Shown here: piece after piece, positions 1 through 11,406 of the stretch
How the letters are laid out: each line of letters begins with the position of its first letter
Position numbering within the stretch: the stretch's first letter is position 1
NCBI GenBank assembly: GCA_963707985.1
Contig: CAVPRW010000002.1
Coordinates: forward strand, 32,001 to 96,000
Direction: 5' to 3'
From: an uncultured Nitrospinota bacterium
GTDB lineage: Bacteria > Tectomicrobia > Entotheonellia > J063 > CAVPRW01
DNA: 64,000 nt
The notes under the pieces: generated by a model
Database searches by the model: none
What the model saw: the letters and a program-made list of their open reading frames with translations, nothing else
What the model was told of the DNA's origin: nothing
Position numbers and translations under genes: made by a program

Positions 1-2
1 TC

Positions 3-464
3 TGGGAGAGGGCGGTCGAGCCCATGGCGTGTCATCCGAAAGGCGGTGGCGGGGGGCTCACGTCCTATGGGGGCTGTCAGCAGCACCAGCCAAGCAGACT
101 TTCCCGCCACAGCCAGCGGAGTCCAGGTCTGGTGTACCTCCAAGAAGCCACCATCTTTTCGGCGCAGCCGTCCCATGAGAGCCCGCGTCTGATCGGCAGG
201 CTCCGAAGGTATAGCGAGGACCATCGCGATGTCCTCAGGCGGGCAGAGGGCAGTCGCCGTGAGGCCTACTATCTCGGCGCGCGTATAGCCGGAATGGCGT
301 GCCGCAGCGTCATTGACCGCGAGAACCGTAAGGGTTGCAGCGTCGACAACCCACATGGGTACTGGAGACTGCTCGAACACAAGTGGATAGATTGCGCCTG
401 AGGCAGCAACAGACTCTGGTGCTGGGCGGCGCGGTAGCGAGGATCGTCGTGGTGTTTTCGGCAT
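3..464 (-). CDS. PAS domain S-box sensor protein, N-terminal part (runs off the left edge)
   Basis: Manual translation from ATG 464 (GGAAGGGA RBS) gives MPKTPRR...YPLVFEQSPVPMWVVDAATLTVLAVNDAAARHSGYTRAEIVGLT...LRRKDGG, a typical PAS fold. Absent from the ORF track because there is no stop in the window. Confidence 0.8.
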   Translation of the reverse strand, partial: MPKTPRRSSLPRRPAPESVAASGAIYPLVFEQSPVPMWVVDAATLTVLAVNDAAARHSGYTRAEIVGLTATALCPPEDIAMVLAIPSEPADQTRALMGRLRRKDGGFLEVHQTWTPLAVAGKSAWLVLLTAPIGREPPATAFRMTRHGLDRPLP

Positions 465-1034
465 GCTATTCCCTTCCATGGCGCGCCCATCAGGGGGAGG
501 GGGCGGCTCTCTCCTATAAGCGTTGCGGTTGAGGGCGAACCCGATGGCGGCCCTGCCGCGCCCAGACGCGCATACCCGTTCGAAGGGCCGAGGAGGCTGG
601 AGACGTATTCAAGGAGCCGAGCTTGGTGACTAAGGCGCACCAACCAGACAGGCAACCTCACCCCACGGGCGACACAGCCAGGGCGGGTAGGGTAGGATGG
701 AACCGAGATGGAATTTGAAGGTCTCACGCGGCCACCGCGCTCCGACGCCTAGATCGCCAATTACATTCGGACTAAGGAGATATGAGCATAGCATAGTTCG
801 CATAGAATAGATATATTCGATTAACAAATAGAACCAATGTGCCTTGTAGCGTAAAGATTTCGCTCCCATCACCGCCGTCCTTGCATGCTTTTCTTGATTG
901 GTGTCGATCTTACCCTATCATCCTCAACCTTGTCACTCGTCCACCAGGTGAGCAAGGACTCCGGGTGATGGGCATCACACGGTGTGATACTGGCAGGTGG
1001 GTGTTGAAGAAGGAACCGGCCTCATAGCTGATTG

Positions 1035-1043
1035 TGCTATAAT
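1035..1043 (+). promoter_or_regulatory. Extended -10 promoter (TGcTATAAT)
   Basis: Perfect TGnTATAAT about 55 nt upstream of ATG 1098. Confidence 0.5.
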
Positions 1044-1097
1044 ATCGGGCTATATCGAAGCCATGGCCATGCTTCACGACACCCCAAAGGGAACGAC

Positions 1098-1549
1098 ATG
1101 CCCGAGAATGAGCCTCTGCATCACGAGCACCAGGCACCAGACCAGGATCGAGAATTCCCAGCCTCGACCCTGACCTCCCCATGCCGCCAGGCGAGGCTTC
1201 TCGCCCGCCACCGCTCAGCCAAACGGCGATGGCTTTCTTGAGGCGGTCGCTAGCACGCCAGCAGCGCCGACGGGCGGCGTTCCGGGGACAATCACTCCGA
1301 GTGTGTGTCGACGGAGAACTCCGTTGGCAGATCGACCCACGAGCCAGCATCAGTGCGGATGCCGGGCCAGGAGCGCTGCAGAATACCGAGCCTTCTGCGG
1401 CGGGGGCCATCTCGCAAGAGCTATCATCCCAGCCTCCGGTGTCGTCGTCTCCGTTGCTACCTGATGCGTCCAAAGACTCGACCCACACTGGCAGCCGTCC
1501 TAGCCATCCCGCTAACTGCGATGTGCAACGGCGCTATGATGATGATTGA
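1098..1549 (+). pseudogene. Hypothetical protein, probably frameshifted or truncated
   Basis: RBS and ATG at 1098 (MPENEPL..). The protein-like segment AFLRRSLARQQRRRAAFRGQSLRVCVDGELRW continues in another frame (1181..1549). Confidence 0.3.
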
Positions 1550-1939
1550 CGGCAGCGCCAAACACCGATAGAATCTACATTATTCGTTACGGATGTGCCG
1601 CTCATATCCTGCCTGACTCATAAGGAGCGCACACATGAACATCACGGTTACACATGCCTCTTCAAACCCAGTTACTCTGGTGTGCCTCTTTAGTCAAGCT
1701 CGATTCTTACTGAGGCCACAACTTCTCACCCGTGTCTAATCCTCTCTTGTAGAAAATCGCTGACTGTGACTCCAATGTTCCGGTATCAATCCCTTTGGGT
1801 TCGTGACTCAGCCCACGAATAATTCCGCTACGAACCTGAGCAAGAAGCATGTGGGGAAGATGGATGTGACGGACGCCAGCATCGGGACGCCCGAGCTACA
1901 GTCCGTAGACAAGTGAGGCCTCTAGTTGGAGGAAGGACT

Positions 1940-3592
1940 ATGCTGCACCGCGATGCACCCCTGAAGCTGAGCCGTCGCCAGTTGTTGCAGGCGGGCCTCG
2001 CCTCGGGCGCCGCCTTGTCTACCTGGCCCCTATATCGTTCGGCCGTGCTCTGGGGCCAGGAAGCGACTCCCCCAAAGTATGGAGGCATCCTGCATGCGCG
2101 CGGGTGGGATCCCGTCCACTTTGATCCGCACCTCACGCGCGCCTTCATGACACATACGGCGCTGAGCTTCGTATACAGCAAACTTCTGCGCCACAAAGCC
2201 GGTCCCGACGTGCAGCCGGGGATGTTCATCGTCGAGCCTGATCTGGCCGAACGCTGGGAAGAGCCGGACGACACCACTTATATCTTCCATCTGCGCAAGG
2301 GCGTGAAGTGGCACAACAAGCCGCCTGTCAACGGTCGTGAGTTAGTAGCCGAAGATGTGAAATTCACGTTTGACCGCTTCCTGACCGAGAAGGGTAATCC
2401 GGAGCGGCAATTGCTGGACTCGGTGGACCGGGTAGAGGTGGTGGATCGCTATACGGTCAAGTTCGTCCTCAAAGAACCCTTTGTCTGGCTGCTCGACATC
2501 CTGGCCAACGCTATGTGTATGTGGGTCGTTGCCCCCGAAGTGGCCGAGAAATACGGCGACTTCAAAAAAGTCGAGACTGCCATCGGTACCGGGCCGTTCC
2601 TTCTGGAGCGTTACGAGCCGAACGTGAAGACGGTCTTCAAACGTAATCCGGATTACTTCCGCCACGGTCTGCCGTATATCGACGAGGTGGAATGGTTGGT
2701 CGTACAGGATGAATCGACCGGGCTGGCAATGTTTCGCACAGGGCAACTCGACACCGGTCCAGGAGGGAATTGGCAGGTCCGGCAACCTGATCTGGAGTCG
2801 CTCAAGCAAAGCCATCCCGACCGGCGCTATCAGGACATTCAGATGAATAACGCCACGACGATCTGGATGCGGACCGATAAGACTCCCTTCAACGACGTGC
2901 GCGTGCGACGCGCTATTTCCCACGCGCTCGATCGTCAGGCAACCATCGAGGCGGTCTGGATGAGAGGCTCATTGTCGCCTGCGGTTTCTCCTGGCCTGGC
3001 TGAGTGGTCGCTGCCCATCGATCAACTCGGTGAGGGGGCGAAGTACTACCGCTACGATCCCAAGGAGGCCAAGCGCCTGTTGGCGGAAGCCGGTTATGCC
3101 AAAGGCTTTAAGACGACGCTCACGGCCTCAGGAGGCTACGGCCGCGACCTCATCGATGCGGTACAGATGGTCTTACGCGATCTCAAAGAGGTCGGCATCG
3201 ACGCGGAGTTGAAGCTGCAGGAGTATGGCGCCTATCAAGCGACGACCGGCCAGGGCAAGTTCGAGGGCATGGCCATGGGACCCTACGGCGTCGGCTGGGA
3301 GCCCGATAGTGCCCTGTATGGCCCTTATACGCCGGACCAAGCGCGCAACCGCGGCCATGTCAACGACCCCAAGCTGGCCGCCTTGGTCAAGGAGCAACGG
3401 CAGACCAAGGACCCCGAGGCGCGCAAGCAACTCATCTTCGAGATTCAGCGCTATGCCGCCGAGCAGCAATACTATGTGTACCTGTCTTCGCAAATTATCA
3501 CCAGTTCCTGGCAGTCGTCTCTGAAGAACTATGCACACAACATCACGTTCGACTACGGCAGTCGCATCGCGGTATCGTGGTTGGAGCGCTAG
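1940..3592 (+). CDS. ABC transporter SBP family 5 (OppA/DppA-like), Tat signal, paralog type A
   Basis: SRRQLL twin-arginine motif; DPVHFDPH, EPDLAERWE, IGTGPF, PFNDVRVRRAI motifs; GGAGGA RBS before ATG 1940. Confidence 0.92.
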   Translation: MLHRDAPLKLSRRQLLQAGLASGAALSTWPLYRSAVLWGQEATPPKYGGILHARGWDPVHFDPHLTRAFMTHTALSFVYSKLLRHKAGPDVQPGMFIVEPDLAERWEEPDDTTYIFHLRKGVKWHNKPPVNGRELVAEDVKFTFDRFLTEKGNPERQLLDSVDRVEVVDRYTVKFVLKEPFVWLLDILANAMCMWVVAPEVAEKYGDFKKVETAIGTGPFLLERYEPNVKTVFKRNPDYFRHGLPYIDEVEWLVVQDESTGLAMFRTGQLDTGPGGNWQVRQPDLESLKQSHPDRRYQDIQMNNATTIWMRTDKTPFNDVRVRRAISHALDRQATIEAVWMRGSLSPAVSPGLAEWSLPIDQLGEGAKYYRYDPKEAKRLLAEAGYAKGFKTTLTASGGYGRDLIDAVQMVLRDLKEVGIDAELKLQEYGAYQATTGQGKFEGMAMGPYGVGWEPDSALYGPYTPDQARNRGHVNDPKLAALVKEQRQTKDPEARKQLIFEIQRYAAEQQYYVYLSSQIITSSWQSSLKNYAHNITFDYGSRIAVSWLER

Positions 3593-3740
3593 GTCAGCCG
3601 TCAGCGCCTTCGGCTTCCTACAGGTGGCTTGCTCCTTTGGCAAGGCGATGAGCATGTGCACGGCGATCAGCTGCGCTTCGAGATGAGATGGCAGGACGTA
3701 CCGTGAACCTGGCAGGATGAGGAGAGAAGGAGGGGCGATC

Positions 3741-5405
3741 ATGGAGGTCCAGAACATTCAGCCTCGACATGCCCATGATCTGAGTCGCCGTGATCTGCTA
3801 AAAGCCGGCCTGGCCGCCGGCGCGGCCCTATCTACGTGGTCCGCGTATCGTGTGCCCGCACTCTGGGGCGAAGCACCAGAGGCGCCCAAACGTGGGGGGA
3901 TCCTCCGTGTGCGCGGACGGGATCCCGTGCACTTCGATCCCCACCTGACCCGTGACGCCAGGACACATAGCGCCTTGAGCTTCCTGTGCAGCCGGCTCCT
4001 GCGCTACAAAGTTGGAGAGGACGTGCGGCCGGGCACCTTTATCGTCGAGCCCGACCTGGCCGAACGCTGGGAGGAGCCGGATGACACGACCTATGTGTTC
4101 CATCTACGCCAGGGGGTTAAATGGCACCACAAACCGCCCGTCAATGGCCGCGAGTTAGTGGCTGAGGACGTAAAATTCACCTTCGACCGCTTCCGGTCGG
4201 AAAAAGCCAACCCGAGTCGTTACTTCCTGGACTCGGTCGATCGGGTCGAGGTCGTGGATCGCTACACGGTGAAGTTCGTCCTTCAGGAGCCGTTCGTGTG
4301 GCTGCTCGACATCCTGGCCAGCGCCACCTCGATGTGGATCGTGGCCCCAGAAGTGGCTGAGAAATATGGCGACTTCAAGAAAGTCGAGACCGCCATTGGT
4401 ACGGGACCTTTTGTCCTGGAGGGCTACGAGCCCAATGTGAAGACCGTGTTCCGACGCAACCCCGATTACTTCCGTCAGGGGCTGCCATACATCGATGGGG
4501 TCGAGTGGTTGGTCGTGGAGGACGAATCGACCGGGCTGGCGATGTATCGCACGGGGCAGATCGACGCCGGCCCCGGCTTACAGTGGGATGTTCGCCAAGC
4601 GGACTTGGACACGCTCAAGCAGAGCCATCCGAACCTGCGCTATCAAGATATGCTGGCCAATAACGCCATCACAGTCTGGATGCGCACCGACAAGTCCCCC
4701 TTCACCGATGTGCGCGTGCGGCGGGCCATCTCGCACGCCATCGATCGACAGGGGGTCATCGAGGCCGTGTGGATGAAAGGTGAGCTGTCACCCGCGGTCC
4801 CCCGGGGCTTGGCCGAGTGGTCGCTGCCCATCGATCAGCTCGGTGAGGGAGCGAAGTACTATCGATATGATCCGCAGGAGGCCCGACGGTTACTGGCTGA
4901 GGCCGGGTATGCCCAAGGCCTGAAAACAACCCTCATGGCTACCGGGGGCTACGGTCGCGACCTGCTCGATGCGGCGCAGATGGTGCAGCGCTCTCTTAAA
5001 GAGGTTGGCATCGAGGTAGAGTTGAAGATCCAGGAATATGGGGCGTATCAAGCGACGACGGGCCAGGGCAAATTCGAGGGCCTAGCGATGGGTCCGTACG
5101 CCTTGGGCTGGGAAGCGGATAGCTCACTGTATGGACAGTATATGCCCGACCAACTACGCAACCGGGGCCACGTCAACGACTCCAAGCTAGCGGCCATGGT
5201 CAAGGAACAACGGCGCCTGAAAGACCCTGAGGCGCGCAGGAACCTCATCTACGACATTCAGCGGTACGCGGCGGAGCAGCAATACTATGTCTACCTATCC
5301 TCCCAGGTTATCACCGCCTCCTGGCAACCATACGTGAAGAACTTTGCCCCGAACCTGACCGCCGACTTCGGCAGCCGGGCTGCGGCGTTGTGGCTGGATC
5401 GGTAG
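3741..5405 (+). CDS. ABC transporter SBP family 5, Tat signal, paralog type A
   Basis: SRRDLLK motif; colinear and highly similar to 1940..3592. Confidence 0.92.
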   Translation: MEVQNIQPRHAHDLSRRDLLKAGLAAGAALSTWSAYRVPALWGEAPEAPKRGGILRVRGRDPVHFDPHLTRDARTHSALSFLCSRLLRYKVGEDVRPGTFIVEPDLAERWEEPDDTTYVFHLRQGVKWHHKPPVNGRELVAEDVKFTFDRFRSEKANPSRYFLDSVDRVEVVDRYTVKFVLQEPFVWLLDILASATSMWIVAPEVAEKYGDFKKVETAIGTGPFVLEGYEPNVKTVFRRNPDYFRQGLPYIDGVEWLVVEDESTGLAMYRTGQIDAGPGLQWDVRQADLDTLKQSHPNLRYQDMLANNAITVWMRTDKSPFTDVRVRRAISHAIDRQGVIEAVWMKGELSPAVPRGLAEWSLPIDQLGEGAKYYRYDPQEARRLLAEAGYAQGLKTTLMATGGYGRDLLDAAQMVQRSLKEVGIEVELKIQEYGAYQATTGQGKFEGLAMGPYALGWEADSSLYGQYMPDQLRNRGHVNDSKLAAMVKEQRRLKDPEARRNLIYDIQRYAAEQQYYVYLSSQVITASWQPYVKNFAPNLTADFGSRAAALWLDR

Positions 5406-5587
5406 GTGCAACGCCTGTCCCACGGCTCTCCTTGTGGGCCAGGCGGCCCAACAGTGGAGGATCCACTCAGGGCCACCGACGTGTAGACCATAGGAATCTT
5501 CAGCTTGATCGGTTATGGTAGGCGGACTACCATCGCAGCATCAGAAGTTACCTGCCTTGAGCCAGCTGGCTGAGAGGAGCCCCCGAG

Positions 5588-5984
5588 ATGCAGTGCCCGC
5601 TTTGCCAGGCCAACAACCGCGAAGGGCGCCGATTCTGCGCGGAGTGCGGCGCGTCGCTGGCCCTCCCCTGCTCTGCTTGCGGGTTCCCGAATGAGCCGGG
5701 GAAAAAGTTCTGCAGCGGTTGCGGCATGCCCCTGACCTCAGAGGCTGTCCGAAAAGTAACATCTAATAAATCAGATGGTTAGTCATTGCCAAAAGCATGA
5801 CGCTAGACCGACTATCCAGTAATTCCGTTTTTAAGCTTGCCCAGGACGTGGCACAAGATGTTGTCTTTCAAAGACTTTGTGTCCGGACAGCCTCTCAGTC
5901 CGTCGAACTTCAGAGCCGAGGCTGAGTTCCCCTCCGTCCTACTGGCCGAAACACTTGGCCGCCCGCAAGGAGCTTACGGTATGA
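5588..5984 (+). pseudogene. Double zinc-ribbon N-terminal stub of an adenylate/guanylate cyclase gene, interrupted by a MITE
   Basis: CxxC x4 (MQCPLC..FCAECG..CSACG..FCSGCG). Removing 5741..5897 restores the frame to ...SEPRLSSPPSYWPKHLA, matching the AYTPAHLA motif of the cyclase at 7428. Confidence 0.75.
5741..5894. mobile_element. 154-bp MITE (non-autonomous IS derivative, possibly IS5 family)
   Basis: Perfect 11-bp terminal inverted repeats GAGGCTGTCCG...CGGACAGCCTC, 3-bp target duplication TCA (5738-5740 and 5895-5897), AT-richer interior. Confidence 0.8.
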
Positions 5985-7402
5985 CAGCACCCAGAGTTAT
6001 GACGCACGAACTGTCGCTGCTGGAAGACCTCCGTTACGCGGTCCATGGCTTGTGCGCGCCCTTCGTGTGCGGGGGAACGCTGGTGCCCGACCAGCCCCTC
6101 ACCCTCTACTTCCAAGACAACACCCAGCTCCCGGTGCTACGTGCGCCGAGGGTCTTCGAACAAGAGCAGCTCCTGCAGCCGCTGGTTGAGCGCTGCACCC
6201 CAGCACCCTTCGGCAAGGGGCGTCAGACCCGCTACGACCGCAATGTCCGTAACGCCCTCCAGCTCAAGGCCGAGGGCGGCGCCTTCTCCGTCCTGAACTT
6301 CGACCCACAAGCGGCGGGCATGCTCGAGCAGATCCGCCGCCAGCTCGTGCCGCAGGACCCGACCCCACTCACCGCGGAGCTGTACAACCTCAACATCTAC
6401 GCGAGGGACGGCCACTTCGCGCCCCACAAGGACACCCCACGCGGCAGCGACATGCTCGGTACTCTCGTCGTCTGCCTGCCCTCGCAGTTTTCCAACGGCG
6501 CGCTTGTAGTCAAGCACCAGGGCGTCTTCCAGACCTTCGACTGGGGGGAAGCCATCCGGCAGCAGGCCGAGCCGACGCGCCTCCACTGGGCCGCCTTCTT
6601 CGGTGACGTCGAGCATCAGATCGAGCAGGTCTGGGGCGGCCTCCGCGTCACCGTGACCTATCTGCTCAGGCGCGGCACCGGGAGCGCACCCTTGCCGGTC
6701 GTCGCCCCCGAGGCGCTGCCTACCCTGGTGCAGGACAAGCTGCGCGCCCTGCTCGCTGATCGCCGCTTTCTGCCCAGGGGAGGGACGCTCGCCTTCCCCT
6801 GCTCCCACCTCTATCACCAGGACGCTCGCTTCCAGCGCCAGCAGCGGCCACTCTCCCGGCAGACAGTGTCTGCCCTCAAGGGTCGGGATTACCTCGTCGC
6901 GGCGGCCGTGCTGGCCGAGGGATTGGAGGTCACCTTCTACCCCTACCTGATCGAGACCTGTGCCGACGAGACCTGGCAGCTCGCGCGCTTTCCCACCCCG
7001 CGCGAGCAGGCGGCGTTGGGCGAGCAGATGGACCCGACAGACCTCGAGGAGGCGCTGACCATCCGGGCAAGCTCCGAGGAGGCAGGAGACTTTGGTCTCA
7101 CCTGGGTGGAACCACCACCCCATTTCAATGGACCGCCCACCATGTACCCTGAGGCGGCAGCAGGCAGGGCCCATACGCAGGACCCAGATCTTCCGGCTCT
7201 GGCGCACCTGCATGCGTGCGAGTACAGCGCCACCGGCTACTTCGGGAACGAAGGCAGCGACGTTGACTTCTACATCTACGGGGCGCTGCATGTGAAGATC
7301 CCGCCGTATGGCACAGGGTCTCGCGTCGTGGGCAAGGTCGAGTCACCTCGGGCGCCCTCGTCAGCCCCTCGCAAACGATCGGCGCGCAAGGAACGCGGGT
7401 GA
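5981..7402 (+). CDS. 2-oxoglutarate/Fe(II)-dependent oxygenase superfamily protein with C-terminal extension
   Basis: LYNLNIY..GHFAPHKDT (HxD), GTLVVCLPS, FFGDVEHQI (distal His), GLRVTVTY (Arg). AAGGAG RBS before ATG 5981. Confidence 0.85.
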   Translation: MTAPRVMTHELSLLEDLRYAVHGLCAPFVCGGTLVPDQPLTLYFQDNTQLPVLRAPRVFEQEQLLQPLVERCTPAPFGKGRQTRYDRNVRNALQLKAEGGAFSVLNFDPQAAGMLEQIRRQLVPQDPTPLTAELYNLNIYARDGHFAPHKDTPRGSDMLGTLVVCLPSQFSNGALVVKHQGVFQTFDWGEAIRQQAEPTRLHWAAFFGDVEHQIEQVWGGLRVTVTYLLRRGTGSAPLPVVAPEALPTLVQDKLRALLADRRFLPRGGTLAFPCSHLYHQDARFQRQQRPLSRQTVSALKGRDYLVAAAVLAEGLEVTFYPYLIETCADETWQLARFPTPREQAALGEQMDPTDLEEALTIRASSEEAGDFGLTWVEPPPHFNGPPTMYPEAAAGRAHTQDPDLPALAHLHACEYSATGYFGNEGSDVDFYIYGALHVKIPPYGTGSRVVGKVESPRAPSSAPRKRSARKERG

Positions 7403-7427
7403 GCCATCGGCAGAGGGAGGGTTGGCG

Positions 7428-10400
7428 ATGACCTTTGAGGAGATCCTCGACCAGGCGATGGCCATGCTCCAGCGTCGCGGACGCCTGACCTACAGCACCC
7501 TCAAGCGGCAGTTCCAACTCGATGACGCGGCCCTGGAAGATTTGAAGAACGAGCTCATCTACGGCCAACGCCTGGCGGTGGATGAAGAGGAACGCGTGCT
7601 GGTCTGGAGAGGGGAACCGCTGTCAGCCCCACCCCCCACTCCCGCGCCGCCCCCGGCACCGCCAGCGAGCCGGCACGCGTGCCCCTGGCCTACACCCCGG
7701 CGCACCTCGCCGAGAAGATTCTTATCTCCCGGAGCGCTCTCGAAGGCGAACGCAAGCAGGTCACGGTGCTGTTTGCGGACCTGAAGGGGTCCATGGAGCT
7801 GCTGGCCGATCGCGACCCCGAGGAGGCCCGACAGCTGCTGGACCCGGTCCTGGAGCGCATGATCGAGGCCGTGCACCGCTACGAGGGCACCGTCAACCAG
7901 GTGATGGGGGATGGCATTATGGCCCTCTTCGGCGCGCCCATTGCCCATGAAGATCATGCCGTGCGCGCCTGCTACGCGGCGCTGCGCATGCAGGAGACCG
8001 TGACCCGCTACGGCGACGAGATGCAGCGCTCCCATGGGGTGCCGGTGCAGATCCGCGTCGGGCTCAATGCCGGGGAAGTGGTGGTGCGGGCGATCGACAG
8101 CAGCCTGCACATGGACTACACGGCGGTGGGCCAGACCACCCACCTGGCGGCGCGTATGGAGCAGATGGCCAAGCCGGGCTCGGTGCTCACCACGGGGGAG
8201 ACCCTGCGGCTGGCCGAAGGGTTCGTCCAGGTCAAAGCGCTGGGCCCCGTCGCGGTCAAGGGGCTGGTGGACCCCGTGGAGGTGTTCGAGCTGGTCGGTG
8301 CCGCCTCCACCCGGACGCGCCTGCAGGCGTTTGCGGCCCGCGGGCTCACCCGTTTCGTCGGGCGGCAGGCGGAGCTCGAGGCCTTGCGCCAGGCCCTGGA
8401 GCGCGCCGGCACCAGCCACGGCCAGGTCGTGGCGGTCATTGGGGAGCCCGGGGTGGGCAAGACCCGCCTGGTCTACGAGTTCACCCGCTCCCATCACACC
8501 CACGACTGGCTCGTGCTCGAAAGCAGCTCAGTCTCCTACGGCAAGGCCACCGCCTACCTCCCCGTGCGCGACCTCCTCAAGGCCTACTTCCAGATCGACG
8601 ACCGCGACGACGGGCGCAAGATCCGCGAGAAGCTCACCGGCAAGCTCCTCACCCTGGATGCGGCCCTCGGGCCGACCCTGCCGGCCTTCCTCGCGCTCCT
8701 GGACGTGCCGGTGGAGGATCCGGCACTGGCAGGACCTCGATCCCTCGCAACGCCGCCAGCGCACCATCGAGGCCATCAAGCGCCTGCTGCTGCGCGAGAG
8801 CCAGGTGCAGCCGCTGCTCCTGGTCTTCGAGAACCTGCACTGGATCGACGCCGAGACCCAGGCGGTCCTCGACAGCCTGATCGACAGCCTGCCCACCGCC
8901 CGCCTGCTCCTGCTGGTCAACTACCGCCCCGAGTACCAGCACGGCTGGGGCAGCAAGACCTACTACACGCAACTCCGGCTCGACCCCTTGCCCACCGCGA
9001 GCGCCGAGGAACTGCTGCAGGCCCTGCTGGGGGACGACCCCAGCCTGGTGCCACTCAAGCGGCTCTTGATCGAGCGCACCGAGGGCAACCCCTTTTTCCT
9101 GGAGGAGAGCGTCCGGGCCCTGGTGGAAACCGGGGTGCTGGTCGGCGAGCGCGGCGCCTATCGCCTGGCAAAGCCCCTCGAGAGCCTGCAGGTCCCCGCC
9201 ACGGTGCAGGCGGTCCTGGCGGCCCGCATCGACCGCCTGCCGCCCGAGGAGAAGCGTCTCCTCCAGACCGCGGCGGTCATCGGCACCGAGGTGCCCTTCG
9301 CCCTCCTGCAGGCCATCGCGGAGCTGTCCGAGGAGGAGCTGCGCCGCGGTCTCGGCCACCTGCAGGCCGCCGAGTTCCTCTACGAAACCAGCCTCTTCCC
9401 CGAGCTCGAATACACCTTCAAGCACGCCCTCACCCACGAGGTGGCCTACGGCAGTCTCCTGCAGGAGCGGCGCCGGACCCTGCACGCCCGCATCGTCGCA
9501 GCCATCGAACGGCTCTCTGCCGACCGGCTGCCCGAGCAGGCGGAACGGCTGGCCCAGCATGCCTTCCGGGGCGAGGTCTGGGACAAGGCCGTGGCGTACG
9601 GTCGGCAGGCCGGTACCAGGGCGCAGACGCGTTCGGCCCTGCGAGAGGCTGTGGCGTGCTTCGAGCAGGCCCTGGCAGCCCTCACGCATCTCCCGGAGAG
9701 CCGCGCCACGCAGGAGCAGGCCATCGACCTCCGGTTCGACCTGCGAAATGCGCTCTGGGCACTCGGAGAATTCGGGCAGATGCTCGACTACCTGCGCGAG
9801 GCTGCAACCCTCGCCGAGGCCCTCGACGACCAGCCGCGGCTGGGGCGGGTCGCCGTCTATATGTGCCGATATTTCAGGGAGATGGGGGACCATGACAGCG
9901 CAGTCGAGTCCGGCCAGCACGCCCTCGCCGTGGCTGAGACGCTCGGAGATTTCGCCCTGCAGGTCATGGCGAATCACTACCTGGGTGTGGCCTACCATAC
10001 TCTGGGCGACTATCGTCGGGCGATGGGGTTCCTGAGGAAAAATGTGGAGTCTCTTGCAGGTGATCTGCTCCGTGAGCGCTTCGGCACTGACCGGCCTGCC
10101 TGCCGTGAACTCCCGTGCCTGGTTAGCCCGGTGCCTTGCCGAGCTGGGAGCGTTCCCCGAGGGGATCGCCCATGGAGAAGAAGCGGTCCGGATCGCCGAG
10201 GCGGTCGATCACCCAAACAGCCTGATCCATGCGTATCTCGGTGTCGGTTTTCTCTCCCTCCGCACAGGGGGACCTCTCCAGGGCCATCCCCGTGCTCGAA
10301 CGCTGCCTTGAGCTCTGCCGGGTTTATAACATCCTGCTCTGGTTCCCCGAGACCGCCTCGGCCCTGGGCTGTGCGTATGCCTGTGCCGGCCGTGTCGCCG

Positions 10401-10876
10401 AGGCCTTGCCGCTGCTGGAGCAGGCGGAGCAGAGAGGTGCCGCGATGGGGACCATGGGCGGTCAGTCACTGCGGGTGGGCTATGTGAGCGAGGCCTATCT
10501 GCTGGCCGGCCGCATGCAGGAGGCGGTGCAACTCGCTGGGCGTGCCCTCGACCTCGCCCGTGCCCATAAGGAGCGGGGACACGAGGCGTGGGCCCTGCGG
10601 CTCCTCGGCGAGATCGCCGCCCATCAGGACCCCCCGGAGATCGAGCCGGCCGCACATCACTACCGGCAGGCCCTCGCCCTGGCCGAGGAACTCGGCATGC
10701 GTCCGCTCGTGGCCCACTGCCACCTCGGCCTCGGCACGCTGTATACCAAGACTGGCCAGCGGGAGCAGGCCCGCGCTGAGCTGTCCGCCGCCATCGAGAT
10801 GTATCGCGCCATGGAGATGACGTTCTGGCTATCCCAGGCGGAGGCCATGCTGGCAGAGGCCATAGAACAAAGGTAA
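7428..10876 (+). pseudogene. Class III adenylate/guanylate cyclase + AAA ATPase + TPR protein, 4 frameshifts (~7665, ~8720, ~10087, ~10262)
   Basis: MTFEEILDQ N-terminus, VTVLFADLKGS and MGDGIMALFG cyclase motifs, Walker A GEPGVGKT, GNPFFLEE, TPR-like C-terminus, spread over five overlapping ORFs. May be intact if the indels are sequencing errors. Confidence 0.88.
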
Positions 10877-11016
10877 GGTCCCAGTCTTGCTCCCGTTTGT
10901 AGCCAGACCCAAGTTGTTTTGTTCATTCCTCCTGGTGCGGTGACAAGAGTAGGTACAGTCTGTGAGATGCACTGTGGGACGCACGATGGCTCTCGATTGA
11001 GAGTAGAGGCGCATTC

Positions 11017-11406
11017 ATGAGCGAAGATTCTTGGCCAGCAGGAGGCATACAACTGGTCGCTGGCGTGCAACCACCTGGGTTCACCCCAGTGACCGAGGAG
11101 ATCTTAGCGGAGATTGTCCGCCGCATCGTCACCGCACTGCATCCTGAGCGGGTCATCCTCTTCGGGTCGTACGCCTACGGCACACCGTCAGACCACAGCG
11201 ATGTCGACTTACTGGTCATCCTGGAAACGGATGCCCGACCCGCAGACCGCTACCTGGCGGTGTCACGCCTGATCCGCCCGCGGCCATTTCCGTTGGACAT
11301 TGTGGTCAAGACACCGGACGAAATCACCCAGGCCCTGGTGAAGGGTGACAGCTTCATCCGTGAGATTGTCACCCAGGGGCGAGTGCTGTATGCACGCTCC
11401 GACTGA
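11017..11406 (+). CDS. Minimal nucleotidyltransferase (MNT) antitoxin-like protein
   Basis: ILFGSYAYGTPSDHSDVDLLVI (GSx10DxD motif). Confidence 0.9.
   Translation: MSEDSWPAGGIQLVAGVQPPGFTPVTEEILAEIVRRIVTALHPERVILFGSYAYGTPSDHSDVDLLVILETDARPADRYLAVSRLIRPRPFPLDIVVKTPDEITQALVKGDSFIREIVTQGRVLYARSD

Noticed and set aside
24..401. 125-aa plus-strand ORF
   Set aside because: Antisense to the PAS-domain gene.
5837..5980. N-terminal extension of the oxygenase ORF
   Set aside because: It begins inside the MITE; the RBS supports ATG 5981.
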